Assembly: GCA_041390305.1 (NCBI GenBank)
Contig: JAWKQE010000010.1
Location: 939 to 64,938, forward strand
Reading direction: 5' to 3'
DNA from: Candidatus Eiseniibacteriota bacterium
GTDB taxonomy: Bacteria > Eisenbacteria > RBG-16-71-46 > CAIMUX01
Length of the DNA stretch: 64,000 bases
Notes under the pieces: model-generated
Databases searched by the model: none
What the model was told of the DNA's origin: nothing
The model's input: only the letters and a program-made list of their open reading frames with translations
Part shown: one piece after another, positions 1 to 9,323 of the stretch
Numbering within the stretch: position 1 is the first letter of the stretch
How the letters are laid out: each line of letters opens with the position of its first letter
Made by a program: the position numbers and the translations under genes

Positions 1-60
1 GCGGCGTACATCTCTCGGCTCCTTCCTCTCTCGTGCTCACGACGTGGTCTCCGTCCGGTT

Positions 61-84
61 CCCCGCCCGGTTGCCCGGGCGGGG
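61..84 (-). terminator. candidate stem-loop terminator downstream of the 105..830 gene
   Basis: ccccgcccgg (61-70), loop ttgc, ccgggcgggg (75-84) form a perfect 10-bp GC stem about 20 nt past the stop of the minus-strand gene. No clear U-tract follows. Confidence 0.3.
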
Positions 85-104
85 GGACCGGCGGAGGCGG
101 CCCC

Positions 105-830
105 TTACCGACGGAAGGTCGGCACCAGCATCGGGACCTGCTTCTTGTAGGTGCGGTACTCCGGATGCGCGGCCTCGAGGTCGCGCTCTTCGAGCTGGAT
201 CGCGACCAGCATGTAGGCCGTCGCCATGGCGGCGAAGACGAGGTGGGCGAGCGTCATGGTCGGGGTGGCCCACATCCCCAGGATGAATCCGACGTAGAGC
301 GGGTGCCGTACGGTCCTGTAGAGAAGTGGCGTTCCGAACCGGAGCGGCGTGTATTCCTTCCCGCGCAGATGGAGCCAGACCTGGCGGAGTCCGAAGAGGT
401 CGAAGTGGTTGAGGAGGAAGGTCGAGAGGAGAACGATCCCCCACCCGAGGCCGAACACTCCGTAAAGCGCGATCTTGGCGGGCAGCGCCGTCACGTTCCA
501 GATCTGTCCTCCCATCGGCTCCCAGAACCGCATGAGCAGGATCAGGGCGAGGTTCGAGAAGAGCACGTAGGTGCTCCTCTCCGCGGCCGGCGGAATCAGC
601 TTCGTCCACCGTTCCTTGAATCCGCGCCGCGCCATGAGGCTGTGCTGGACGGCGAACACGGCGAGAAGGGCGAGGTTCACGAGGAGCGCCTTCCCGAGCG
701 GCGCCTGCACGATGCCGTCGATGGCACGCGGCACTCCGATGTTTCCGATGAATCCGATGGCGTAAGTGAACGTGGCGAGGAACATCAGATAGCTGACGAC
801 TCCGTAGGCAAAGATCAGGAAGCGCTTCAT
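105..830 (-). CDS. polytopic membrane methyltransferase, ICMT/PEMT-type (MddA-like) family
   Basis: 241-aa ORF with ATG at 828-830. It has several hydrophobic helices and the C-terminal motif LYRTVRHPLYVGFILGMWATP...VAIQLEERDL, typical of isoprenylcysteine carboxyl / methanethiol S-methyltransferase-like enzymes. Confidence 0.7.
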   Translation of the reverse strand: MKRFLIFAYGVVSYLMFLATFTYAIGFIGNIGVPRAIDGIVQAPLGKALLVNLALLAVFAVQHSLMARRGFKERWTKLIPPAAERSTYVLFSNLALILLMRFWEPMGGQIWNVTALPAKIALYGVFGLGWGIVLLSTFLLNHFDLFGLRQVWLHLRGKEYTPLRFGTPLLYRTVRHPLYVGFILGMWATPTMTLAHLVFAAMATAYMLVAIQLEERDLEAAHPEYRTYKKQVPMLVPTFRR

Positions 831-889
831 GGTTCGATTCTCCTTCTTCGATCGGTGCTGGCTTTTGGGCTCGGCAGTTCAGTCGATGT

Positions 890-1000
890 GGTCTGTTCGG
901 TCTGTTTGTCTGCTTGGTCCGTTCGGTCTGCTTGGTCGGCTCGGTCTGCTTGGTCGGCTCGGTCTCTGGTCGGTTCGGTCAGCGCGGTCGGTTTGGTCAG
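890..1000. repeat. phased 9-bp tandem array GGTCNGNTN (about 13 units), with a perfect 18-bp duplication at 925-942 / 943-960
   Basis: Direct reading gives GGTCTGTTC GGTCTGTTT GTCTGCTT GGTCCGTTC GGTCTGCTT GGTCGGCTC GGTCTGCTT GGTCGGCTC GGTCTCT GGTCGGTTC GGTCAGCGC GGTCGGTTT GGTCAG. The array is intergenic between the two methyltransferase genes. Confidence 0.75.
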
Positions 1001-1047
1001 ATACCGGTCGGTCGCCGTTCGAACCCGTCGTTGCTGGGCCTTGCGGC

Positions 1048-1632
1048 TCAACGGATCGCTTCGATGACGGTGTACCAGCTCGTCTCGGCGGCGACGCGGA
1101 CCCGCGAGAACGCGCCCAGATGTGCCGCTGCTTCTACCTCTCCGTGCACGGGGAACTGACGCTTCGGAAGGACGAGCATCCAGACGCCGCCGTCTTCCGA
1201 GAGCGCTTCCCGAATCCGGGTCACGATCCGGCGGACATCTCCGGTGAATCGCTCCGGACTGAACGTGGTGATCAGGTCGTAACGTCGACCCGGAAACTCG
1301 TGGGGCAGAGACGTCTCGAACCGGATGTTGCCGGCGTCGGATCGTCCGGCCGCGGCGCGGGCCTCCGCGACCGAGGCCTCGTGGGGATCGAATCCACGGA
1401 ACGTCGAGCGGGGGTAGGCGAGGGCGAGCGCCAAGGTCGCGCTGCCGACTCCGCAGGTCACGTCGGCGACGAGCGCTCCGGCCTCGAGCTTCGCGTCCAT
1501 ACCGACCAGGCCCCTGATCCAGGCCCTGAGCGTCTCGGCGTCGAACCGGATCCCGCCGAGTCCGCCCGACCGGGTGGCCTTCAGCGCCTCGGACTCTCTG
1601 CTCACTGGGCGGTTCGCTCGCTGGATCGTCAT
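1048..1632 (-). CDS. class I SAM-dependent methyltransferase
   Basis: The ORF 1048..1917 contains the SAM-binding motif LVADVTCGVGSATLALALAYP, then FRGFDPHEASV and YDLITTF. ATG at 1630-1632 (MTIQRANR...) is preceded by an AGGGGA Shine-Dalgarno-like element. The longer upstream part of the ORF is Arg/Pro/Gly-rich and looks non-coding. Confidence 0.7.
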   Translation of the reverse strand: MTIQRANRPVSRESEALKATRSGGLGGIRFDAETLRAWIRGLVGMDAKLEAGALVADVTCGVGSATLALALAYPRSTFRGFDPHEASVAEARAAAGRSDAGNIRFETSLPHEFPGRRYDLITTFSPERFTGDVRRIVTRIREALSEDGGVWMLVLPKRQFPVHGEVEAAAHLGAFSRVRVAAETSWYTVIEAIR

Positions 1633-1888
1633 TGCGGTGTCCCCTGTCGGTTGTCTCTGTCTCGGGTTCATGGAGACATCCGTAGGCCGACCCCAGAAAC
1701 TGCCACGAAAAATCGAGAAAGATGTCGCGGTTGGGAGGGACCCACGGGCGATCGGGGGCCAGAACAAGAGCGACCGTGGCGCCCCGGGCGGGACGACCGG
1801 CGGTCGGCGGTCAGCGCAGCCGGGACCCGGCCCTCGGTACCGTCTTGTCCCGCCTCGGAAGCCGAATTCCTGGTATCCTCGGCCCCAC

Positions 1889-2459
1889 ATGACCCAGGAC
1901 CCCAAGAGCATGGTCACCCAGGTCCTCGGCGCGATCCGCGCCGGAGACTCTGGAGCCGTCGACGCGTTGCTTCCGCTGGTCTACGGCGAGCTGACGTCTG
2001 GCCCGCGCGCGCATGTCCCGGATTCCGGCGGGGCAGACGCTCCAGCCGACGGCACTCGTCCACGAGGCCTATCTCAAGCTCGTCGGCGACGACACACCGG
2101 GCTGGGAGAACCGCGCGCACTTCTTCGCGTCGGCCGCGCAGGCGATGCGGCACATTCTCGTCGATCAGGCCAGGCGCAGGAGCGCGGCGAAGCGGGGCGG
2201 CGGTCAGGAGCATGCGAACGTCGACGATGTCGACCTCCCGATCGAGCCGCCGAGTGCAGACATCCTCGCCCTCGACCGGGCACTGGCAACGTTGGAGGCG
2301 GAAGATCCTCGCAAAGGGCAGATCGTCGCGCTGCGCTACTTCGGAGGGCTCGACCGAGAGGAGGTCGCCCACACCCTCGGGATCTCGCTCCGCACGGTCG
2401 ACCGGGAGTGGCGGTACATCCAGGCCCGGCTCCACCGGGACATGACGCGCGAGTCGTAG
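1889..2459 (+). pseudogene. ECF-type sigma-70 family factor (kinase-associated LVY.EL..LA / TLQPTALVHEAYLKL subfamily), frame-disrupted as sequenced
   Basis: The N-terminal part MTQDPKSMVTQVLGAIRAGDSGAVDALLPLVYGEL lies in the frame of ORF 1574..2719. The remainder, RLARARMSRIPAGQTLQPTALVHEAYLKL...ISLRTVDREWRYIQARL, lies in the frame of ORF 2013..2459. The frames meet at gag ctg A cgt ctg (1988-2000), where TGA at 1992-1994 blocks the downstream frame. Confidence 0.8.
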
Positions 2460-2467
2460 CCGGCTCG

Positions 2468-5400
2468 TCAGTCCAGCTCGACGGCCTCTTCAGCGGCTTC
2501 CTCGGGACTGAGCCGGCATCCGACTGCCCAGGCTTGGTCGTACTCCGCCTGCGTGAGGGACTCCCGTACGCGCTCCAGGCAGCGGACGCACTCCCGTTCC
2601 TGGGCGGCCGTCCGCGGCATGGAGCGACTCTCCCGTGCCGCCTGCGCGCAGGCGAGCACACGTACGACCCGGGCGGGCTCCCCCAGTTCGACGAGGCTAG
2701 CGGCGAGATTCTCCAATGAGAAGACGACGCCCCGGGCATCCCCGATCTCCTTCTTGATCGCGAGCCCGATGCGGACGTTCTCATACGCCTGCTTCTGCTG
2801 GCCGAGACTTCGGAGGGTCGAGGCCAGGTTGAGGAGAGTGCTCGCCTCCCCTCGTTTGTTGCCCAGCTTCCTGTGGAGGAAGAGCGACTCCTCGTGCAGC
2901 TCGACGCCCCGATCGAGTTTGCCGAGGTCAGCGGCCACGATCGCGAGGTTGTCGAGGAACATCGCGAGGTAGTACTCGTGCTCGATTTCTCTCGCCATCC
3001 GGACGGCGTCCTCGTAGTAGCGAAGCGCCTCCATCGTCCGCCCGACCTCGTTCGCGCACATGCCGAGGTTGTTGAGATTCGTTGCCTCGAAGTCGCGATT
3101 CCCGTGTTCCCGATTGATCGCGAGGGCCTCGAGGAAGAGCGTCTCCGCCCGCTCGTAGTCCCCGGTCCGTTGCGCGACGAGCCCTTTGTTGTTGAGGATG
3201 GCCGCGCGGTTCCGGTGGATCCCGAGATGGTCCCAGATCGCCGAAGCCTCGTCGAAGTACTGCATCGTCGTGGCGGTATCGCCTTGTGCATTCGCGAGGT
3301 TCCCGATGCGGTGGCAGAGGTGACCCCGCGCTTCGCACATCGGATCGTCGAACTCGAACCTCGAGATCACGGCCTCGCCGATCTGGCGCGTCTCCGCCCA
3401 TCTTCCCCGCATGTTGCCGAAGCCGAGGAGCATGATCGCGATCGGCACGATCTCCTTCGCCGGCGGGTTCTCGTCGAGACCGGACTCGATCGCCTTCCTG
3501 AAGTTCGCGAGGTCCGCCTCGACACGATCGAGCGTCGTCGGAAGGTCCCTTCCGGTGAACTCCGTGTTGTAGGTCTCGGCGAGTTCGGCGAAGTACCGCC
3601 GGTGGGCCACTTCGGCCGATGACCTCAGCCCGAGCGCCCGCCGGCCGTACTCGTGCACGGTGTCGAGCATCCGGTAGCGGGCGCGGCCGCCAGGGTCGGC
3701 GGTCGCCATCATCTCGACGAGCGACTTCTCGACGAGGCGTCCCAGGAGGTCGAGGGCTTCCCACGCCTCGATCCCGTCGCCCGTGGCGACCGACTCCGCC
3801 GCTTCGAGTGTGAACCCTCCGGAAAACACGGAGAGCCGCTGGAAAAACATCTGTTCGCGTTCCTCGAGCTGTTCGTAGCTCCAGTCGATGAGCGCCTTCA
3901 GAGTGCGGTGGCGCGGCAGGGAGGTGTTGGAGCCGCTCCCGAGGAGGCGGAACCGGTCGTCGAGTCGCTCCAGGATCTCCTCGGGACGGAGCATCCGTGT
4001 TCGAGCGGCCGCCAGCTCGACCGCGAGTGGCAGACCGTCCAGCCGCCGGCAGATCGTGCGGATCACCTCGAGGGTGGCCTCGTCGGCTTCGAACCCCGGC
4101 CGCGCGGCCATGGCGCGATCGATGAAGAGTTCCACCGCCGATTCCTCCATCGGTGGAACCCGGTAGATCCACTCGCCGGGCACCCCGAGCGCCTCTCGAC
4201 TCGTCGCCAGCACTACGAGTTTCGGATGCTCGACGAGGAGCTGCTCGACGAGCGGGGCGATCGCGGTGACGAGGTGCTCGCAGTTGTCGAGGATGAGGAG
4301 GAACTCGCGTCCCCGGAGGAACTCGTGGATTCCCGCGAGCGGAGCGCGTCCGGACGCATCCCGGCCACCGAGGAGCGCGAGGAGGACGCTCGCGGTCGAG
4401 CGGGGGTCGGTCACGGGCGCGAACTCCGCGAAACACGCGCCGTGGGGGAATCGGGAAAGTACGCGTCTGGCCGACTCGACCGAGAGACGGGACTTCCCGG
4501 CACCGCCCGGCCCGACCATCGAGACGAGCCGATGTTCGCCGAGAAGTGCCGCGATCGAATCGATGTCCGCCGCTCGGCCCACGAACCGCGTGAGCGCAGC
4601 AGGGAGTTCGGCGCGTTGCGACGGGTCCGCGACTCCCGGAGTGGGCACGGCACCAAGCCGTCCGACGGCAGCGACGCGGGCACGCCCGGCGATCTCCTCC
4701 TCGATCGCACGACGGAGTGTGCGGACGGAGGCGAGACGGTCCGTGCGCGGCCGCGCGAAGCAGGACCGGAGCAAGGTCCGGAGCGCGGACGGAAGCTCGT
4801 CCGGCAGCCCCCCGAAGTCCGGCTCCATGGACAGGGAGCGCTTGAGGCGATCCAGCGCCGTCTCTCCCGGAAACGCGGGCCGGCCACTCAGGCATTCGTA
4901 GAAGAGGCAGCCCAGGCCCCAGACGTCGGTCTCCATTCCGACTTCGCCCGACTCGATCTGCTCAGGACTCATGTAGCCGGGCGTTCCCGCCCGGAGTGCG
5001 CTCGTGATGCCATCGCCGGCCCCTGAGACCGATCGCGCGAGTCCGAAGTCGAGCACCTTGACCGCGTCCGTCTCCGTGATCATCACGTTGAGCGGCTTGA
5101 GATCGAGGTGGAGCACCTTCTTGTCGTGCGCCGCTTCCACCGCGGAACAGATCTGTTGCCCGACCGCGAGAGCATCATCGAGCGACAGCGGCCCGCGCGA
5201 CGTGCGATCCGCGAGCGACTCGCCACGAACCAGCTCCATCGTGAGGAACGTCTGGTCCCCCGTATCCTCGAGAGAGAAGACGGTGGCGATGTTCGGGTGG
5301 CTGATCGACGAGCAGCCCTCGCTGGTGAGGAACCTCTCGCTCCAGGCCGGATCCTGGCCGCGGCCTCGGGCCGACCCGCTTGATCGCAACCTCCTCTGGA

Positions 5401-5793
5401 GGCGGGGGTCGAGTGCCCGATAGACGATCCCCATCCCGCCCCGGCCGACTTCACCCAGAACCGCATAGCTCCCGATCCGATCAGGATCGCTCCGAAGCCT
5501 GCTCCGCCGTCTGCTCAGGAGTCGGCCTCCGAGAGGTGCCGCCGTCGTGAGAGTTCGAAGCTCCGCCCTGCAGTGCGCCCAGCCCGAACACATCGGCCGG
5601 AGACGGTATCGGGCCCGGGCCGAGGAACGTGTCGGAGGCGGCTCTTGAAGTGCGAGAGCAGATCACGCACCTCATCCGCGAGCGACGGATCACCCGCCGT
5701 TTCCTCGCGCGAGGAACTCCGTCGCGCCCGCCGGAGCGAGGTCCGCGGCCTCCTGAAGAGGCGCTCGACGATCTGGGCACGTGACTCTCTCAT
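2468..5793 (-). pseudogene. Ser/Thr protein kinase fused to an NB-ARC/AAA-type NTPase and TPR repeats. The 5' 450 nt is frame-disrupted as sequenced; the intact ORF is 2468..5593.
   Basis: Kinase motifs are GRGGMGIVY, HLDLKPLN, DFGLA and GTPGYMSPE. A P-loop MVGPGGAGKSRL and LLILDNCEH follow, then many TPR-like repeats (NLNNLG, LDNLA, LLNLA). The canonical N-terminal leader (ERLF-QEAADLAPAG..FLAR-EETAGDPSLADEVRDLLSHF-..SDTFLGPGP) is spread over three frames, starting from ATG 5791-5793. Confidence 0.8.
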
Positions 5794-6092
5794 GGATCTG
5801 CCGATGGTACCACCGACGGCCGCCAGGCGATCCGCCTGGCCTGGCGGCCGGTCAGCCCACCACGGATCTCGAGGCTCGGCTCCCGTCGCCGCCCCGTGCC
5901 GATCGCGACGAACGAGCAGAGGGACGCAAAGGTCGCCAGGCCGACGGCCGGGATCGGCTCGAGCGCGCCGACGAGGAACCGGAGCGCGAGCACCCCTCCC
6001 CAGAGCCAGACGAGCACGCAGAGCCGGGCCCAGAGGGGAAGGCTCGGGACCGGAGTGGTCGAGTTCGTGGTTCGCATCTTCGCTTTCCTCAT
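5790..6092 (-). CDS. small two-TM membrane protein of unknown function (alternative start 6077)
   Basis: M(RKAKM)RTTNSTTPVPSLPLWARLCVLVWLWGGVLALRFLVGALEPIPAVGLATFASLCSFVAIG has two hydrophobic spans. Its TGA (5790-5792) overlaps the kinase leader ATG (5791-5793) as ATGA. GAGGAAAG lies 5 nt before the ATG at 6075-6077. Confidence 0.45.
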   Translation of the reverse strand: MRKAKMRTTNSTTPVPSLPLWARLCVLVWLWGGVLALRFLVGALEPIPAVGLATFASLCSFVAIGTGRRREPSLEIRGGLTGRQARRIAWRPSVVPSADP

Positions 6093-6400
6093 TTCGTGCG
6101 CGGTGTGCGACTGGGGTCCGTTCGCATCCGGCCTCGAGTTCACGAGGCCGGACTCCGCTTCGATTGGATCGACCTGGGCTCGCCAGGCCGGACTCGGGTT
6201 CGCTCGACCCGAACTCGTTTCGGGCCCCGGAGCGCGCCGTCCCCGGTCGGGCGGCTCGATCGGGAGTACGCAAGCCCAGCCCCGGCACTGCCACGAGAAG
6301 TTTCGTGGCAGTCGGAGAGAACGAACTGCGTAGTCCTGGGAGAACGGCCGCCCGAGGTTGGGCGGTGAACCGGTCCCTGCATCCACTAGGAGACGAACCG

Positions 6401-7695
6401 ATGACGACCTCCCGGAACCATCCGCTGCCGAGGAACGCCGAAACGAAGGCTCACGCACCGACTGCGACCGCCACGAAGGAGCGAACCTCGCGCACGCTCT
6501 CTCGAAGGACGGTCTCTCCGCGGAGCCGCCTGCCGCTCGCAGCCACGGCAACAGCGCTCGCACTCGGCGTACTCGTCGGTTGCTCGAAGGACGAGGCCCG
6601 CCCCGTTCTCGATGAGCAGGTACAGATCGAGTTCCCCGACGCGAACCCGAACCTCGCATTCCCCGACTCGCTCGTCCTCGACTCCTGGGTCCTCCAGGAG
6701 GGCTCGCTCCTCTCCGCCGCGCTGGCCAACACACGTGTCACCGCGTTCGATCTCGAAGGCGACGGCCGCGCGCGGATCTACTTCCACGACCTCATCACGA
6801 ACGCGAGGGACTGCGTGCGCGCATTCGCACTCTTCGATGGACGCACGCTCGCGCTCGACCTGGGGCGGGAACCGAACCTGGTCAGCCTGGCCGGGCGCGC
6901 CGAGGTCTTCCCCATCGTGGTCGTCGACGAAGACTTCATGGGCATCGCGAACGGTGCAGGCCACGCCGCACTCCTCGCCCGACAGCCCGTGCCCGGAGGA
7001 CTCCAGTGCGAGCCGCTTCCGATCGTTCGGCGGTGGAACGGGCTCCCCCAGCCGTCCTACTTCACCGACATCGTCCCGCTCGCGGGCAACCTCGTCTACA
7101 CGTCCAACGACCGGAACCTCGAGCAGTTCGACCCCAACACGGGAACGATGGGGCCGAGCCTGGGATCCTCCACGGGCCGCCATATCCAGTCCGTGCAGAG
7201 CGGGCAGTTCTGGTCGCATTGCGGGTGCGGGGGAAGCCCCGATGCCTATCGTCACGACACTGCGAACACCTATGACGTCGTGAGCACCGACGATCTCTCG
7301 GAGCAGATCGCGATCCGCGGCGCAGCCTACGATCCCGCTTCCGGGCACCTCTGGCTGCACGGCCCGACGAGCAACGAGACGTACTACTTCTACGAGGTCG
7401 ACGCGAACGCGGAGCCGGACGTACTCGTCCGCCGGATCTGGTTCCCCCGCCCCGTTCGTGCCCTCGCGTTCCACGGGTCCGAGATGTGGGCGATCGGCGG
7501 ACGTCCTGACGAGCGTGATCGTCCGGATCGAATCCGCAGACGGGAAAGGTCACGGACACGTACGAGATGCCCGACGAAGTCGCATTCTGGAACGGCCTCT
7601 GCTTCGGCGACAACGGAGCGCTCTACATCCTCGGCCAGGACGAGAACGGCCAGGGAGTGCTGGTGGAGTGCGCGGAAGGCACTGCCTCGGTCTGA
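6401..7695 (+). pseudogene. hypothetical lipoprotein, with two frame changes near its 3' end as sequenced
   Basis: AGGAGA-N7-ATG at 6401. There is a lipobox ALALGVLVGC preceded by SRRTVSPRSR. The body is in the frame of ORF 5573..7819 up to ...EMWAIGG. It continues as DVLTSVIVRIESADGK in the frame of ORF 7458..7934. It ends as VTDTYEMPDEVAFWNGLCFGDNGALYILGQDENGQGVLVECAEGTASV in the third frame, with TGA at 7693-7695. Confidence 0.6.
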
Positions 7696-7700
7696 GCCCG

Positions 7701-9059
7701 CTAGGCCGGGCTCGTCGCGGAGGCGGAGTCGGAGGAACGCGTCGCCGAAACGAGGGCGATCGAGCCGAGGATCCCCGAGAGCAGCGACGCGGCGAGGATC
7801 GCGAGCTTGGACGTCTTGAGCAGGCTCTCGTCGCCACCGAAGGCGAGCCCGGCGATGAAGATCGACATCGTGAACCCGATCCCCGCGAGGCTGCCCGCGC
7901 CCAGGATGGAACGCCACGCGACGCCACGCGGTAGCTCCGCGATGCCGAGCTTCACCGCGACCCAGGAGAAGAGGAAGATGCCGATCGGCTTGCCGAGCAC
8001 GAGGCCCAGGACGACGCCGAGCGCGACCGGACTCGTCACCACCTTGCCGAGCCCCGCGTCGATCGCCACTCCCGCGTTCGCGAGCGCGAAGAGCGGCATG
8101 ATGAGGTAAGAGACCCAGGGATGGAGCGTGTCCTCGAGACGACGCATCGGCATCTCGACATAGTCGGTCGCGAGGTCGAGTTCACCGAGTGCGTCGCGTT
8201 GGACGCGGCTCGGGAGGTCGTCCGACCCACGGGTCTGGTCCGCCTCGAAGCGGGCCAGGGCCCGCTTGCTCACGGCGAGGAACTTGTCGATGTCGATCCG
8301 CTGGCTCGCGGGGATGGTGAGGGCCGCGAGCACCCCGCCCACTGTCGGGTGGATCCCCGAGATCACGAAGCCGAACCAGAGGACGATTCCGCCGAGGAGG
8401 TACGGGAGGATGTTCCGCACTTCGAGCCGGTTCAGCACCACCATTCCGATGAGCGCGGCCCCAGCGATGGCGAGCCCCTGGAGCGAGACGGCCGTCGTGT
8501 AGAAGAACGCGATGACGAGGACGGCACCGAGGTCGTCCGCAATGGCGAGCGCCGTGAGGAACACCTTGAGCGCGACCGGAACCCGCTTGCCGAGGAGGGA
8601 GAGGATGCCGATGGCGAACGCGATGTCGGTCGCCATCGGGATCCCCCATCCACTACTCGCCACGCCCTCACGATTGAAGACGGCGTAGAGGACGGCGGGG
8701 ACGATCATTCCACCGAACGCGGCCGCCACGGGAAGAATCGCCTGCCGCCTCGACGAGAGTTCGCCGATCAGGATCTCCCGCTTGATCTCGAGCCCGACGA
8801 CGAAGAAGAAGATCGCCATGAGCCCATCGTTGACCCACCAGTAGAGAGGATGGGAGATCTCGAACCCACCGAGCGTGAAGCCGACTTCCGTCTTCTTCCA
8901 CAGCTCGACGTACGACCCACCGAAACTGCTGTTGGCCCAGATGAGGGCGATGATCGTGCAGAGGAGGAGCAGGATTCCACCGGACGCCTGGGTGTGGAGA
9001 AAGCGCTCCAGAGGTGCCACGAGTCGTTCGGCTGGGGTCCTACGGAAGGTCGGGGTCAC
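7701..9059 (-). CDS. nhaA: Na+/H+ antiporter NhaA
   Basis: Polytopic protein with NhaA-type motifs: FLHTQASGGILLLLCTIIALIWANS, FFFVVGLEIKRE, GWGIPMATDIAFAIG, ALAIADDLGAVLVIAFFY. GTG at 9057-9059 is preceded by GGAG-N7. The ORF extends to 9146, but that extension is Arg/Pro-rich. Confidence 0.9.
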   Translation of the reverse strand: MTPTFRRTPAERLVAPLERFLHTQASGGILLLLCTIIALIWANSSFGGSYVELWKKTEVGFTLGGFEISHPLYWWVNDGLMAIFFFVVGLEIKREILIGELSSRRQAILPVAAAFGGMIVPAVLYAVFNREGVASSGWGIPMATDIAFAIGILSLLGKRVPVALKVFLTALAIADDLGAVLVIAFFYTTAVSLQGLAIAGAALIGMVVLNRLEVRNILPYLLGGIVLWFGFVISGIHPTVGGVLAALTIPASQRIDIDKFLAVSKRALARFEADQTRGSDDLPSRVQRDALGELDLATDYVEMPMRRLEDTLHPWVSYLIMPLFALANAGVAIDAGLGKVVTSPVALGVVLGLVLGKPIGIFLFSWVAVKLGIAELPRGVAWRSILGAGSLAGIGFTMSIFIAGLAFGGDESLLKTSKLAILAASLLSGILGSIALVSATRSSDSASATSPA

Positions 9060-9146
9060 GTCGGGGCTCCTCCTCGGCGATGGCCACCGGCCTGCCCCAC
9101 TCGCGGGGCGGACGCGGATCTTGGCTGGTCGAACGTCCAAACACAC

Positions 9147-9170
9147 GCAAGGGGCCGCGAAGCCCCTTGC
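9147..9170 (-). terminator. candidate stem-loop terminator between the DsrE-like gene and nhaA
   Basis: gcaaggggc / cgcgaa loop / gccccttgc gives a perfect 9-bp stem. On the minus strand it is followed by GTGTGTTTGG, which is T-enriched for this genome. Confidence 0.4.
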
Positions 9171-9323
9171 ACCTAGCCTGTACGACGCATTCCCGAGGGC
9201 GAGGTTTCGGGAATCCGCCGGAATCGGTCCGTAGCCCGGGCGGCGGCAACGGAGTGCGGGAGCGCCGCGCAGCCCGCCGCGGCCGGGCTCGAGAGCGGCG
9301 CCGGGCCGCCGGGGCTAGACCGA

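Noticed and set aside
33-1067. 344-aa plus-strand ORF overlapping the ICMT-like gene and the 9-bp repeat array
   Set aside because: It is antisense to a gene with clear family motifs, its composition (Arg/Gly/Pro/Glu-rich) is typical of shadow frames in GC-rich DNA, and I recognise no motif in it.
2074-4895. Long alternative-frame and antisense ORFs inside the kinase gene (2074..3291, 2928..4895, 3653..5026)
   Set aside because: They are extremely Arg/Pro/Ser-rich and fully nested in a gene whose main frame shows kinase, P-loop and TPR motifs. These are GC-driven open frames.
5573-6400. N-terminal 276 codons of the 748-aa ORF 5573..7819
   Set aside because: This stretch is Arg-rich junk lying over the kinase leader and the small membrane gene on the other strand. 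A good AGGAGA-N7-ATG at 6401 precedes the lipoprotein signal peptide.
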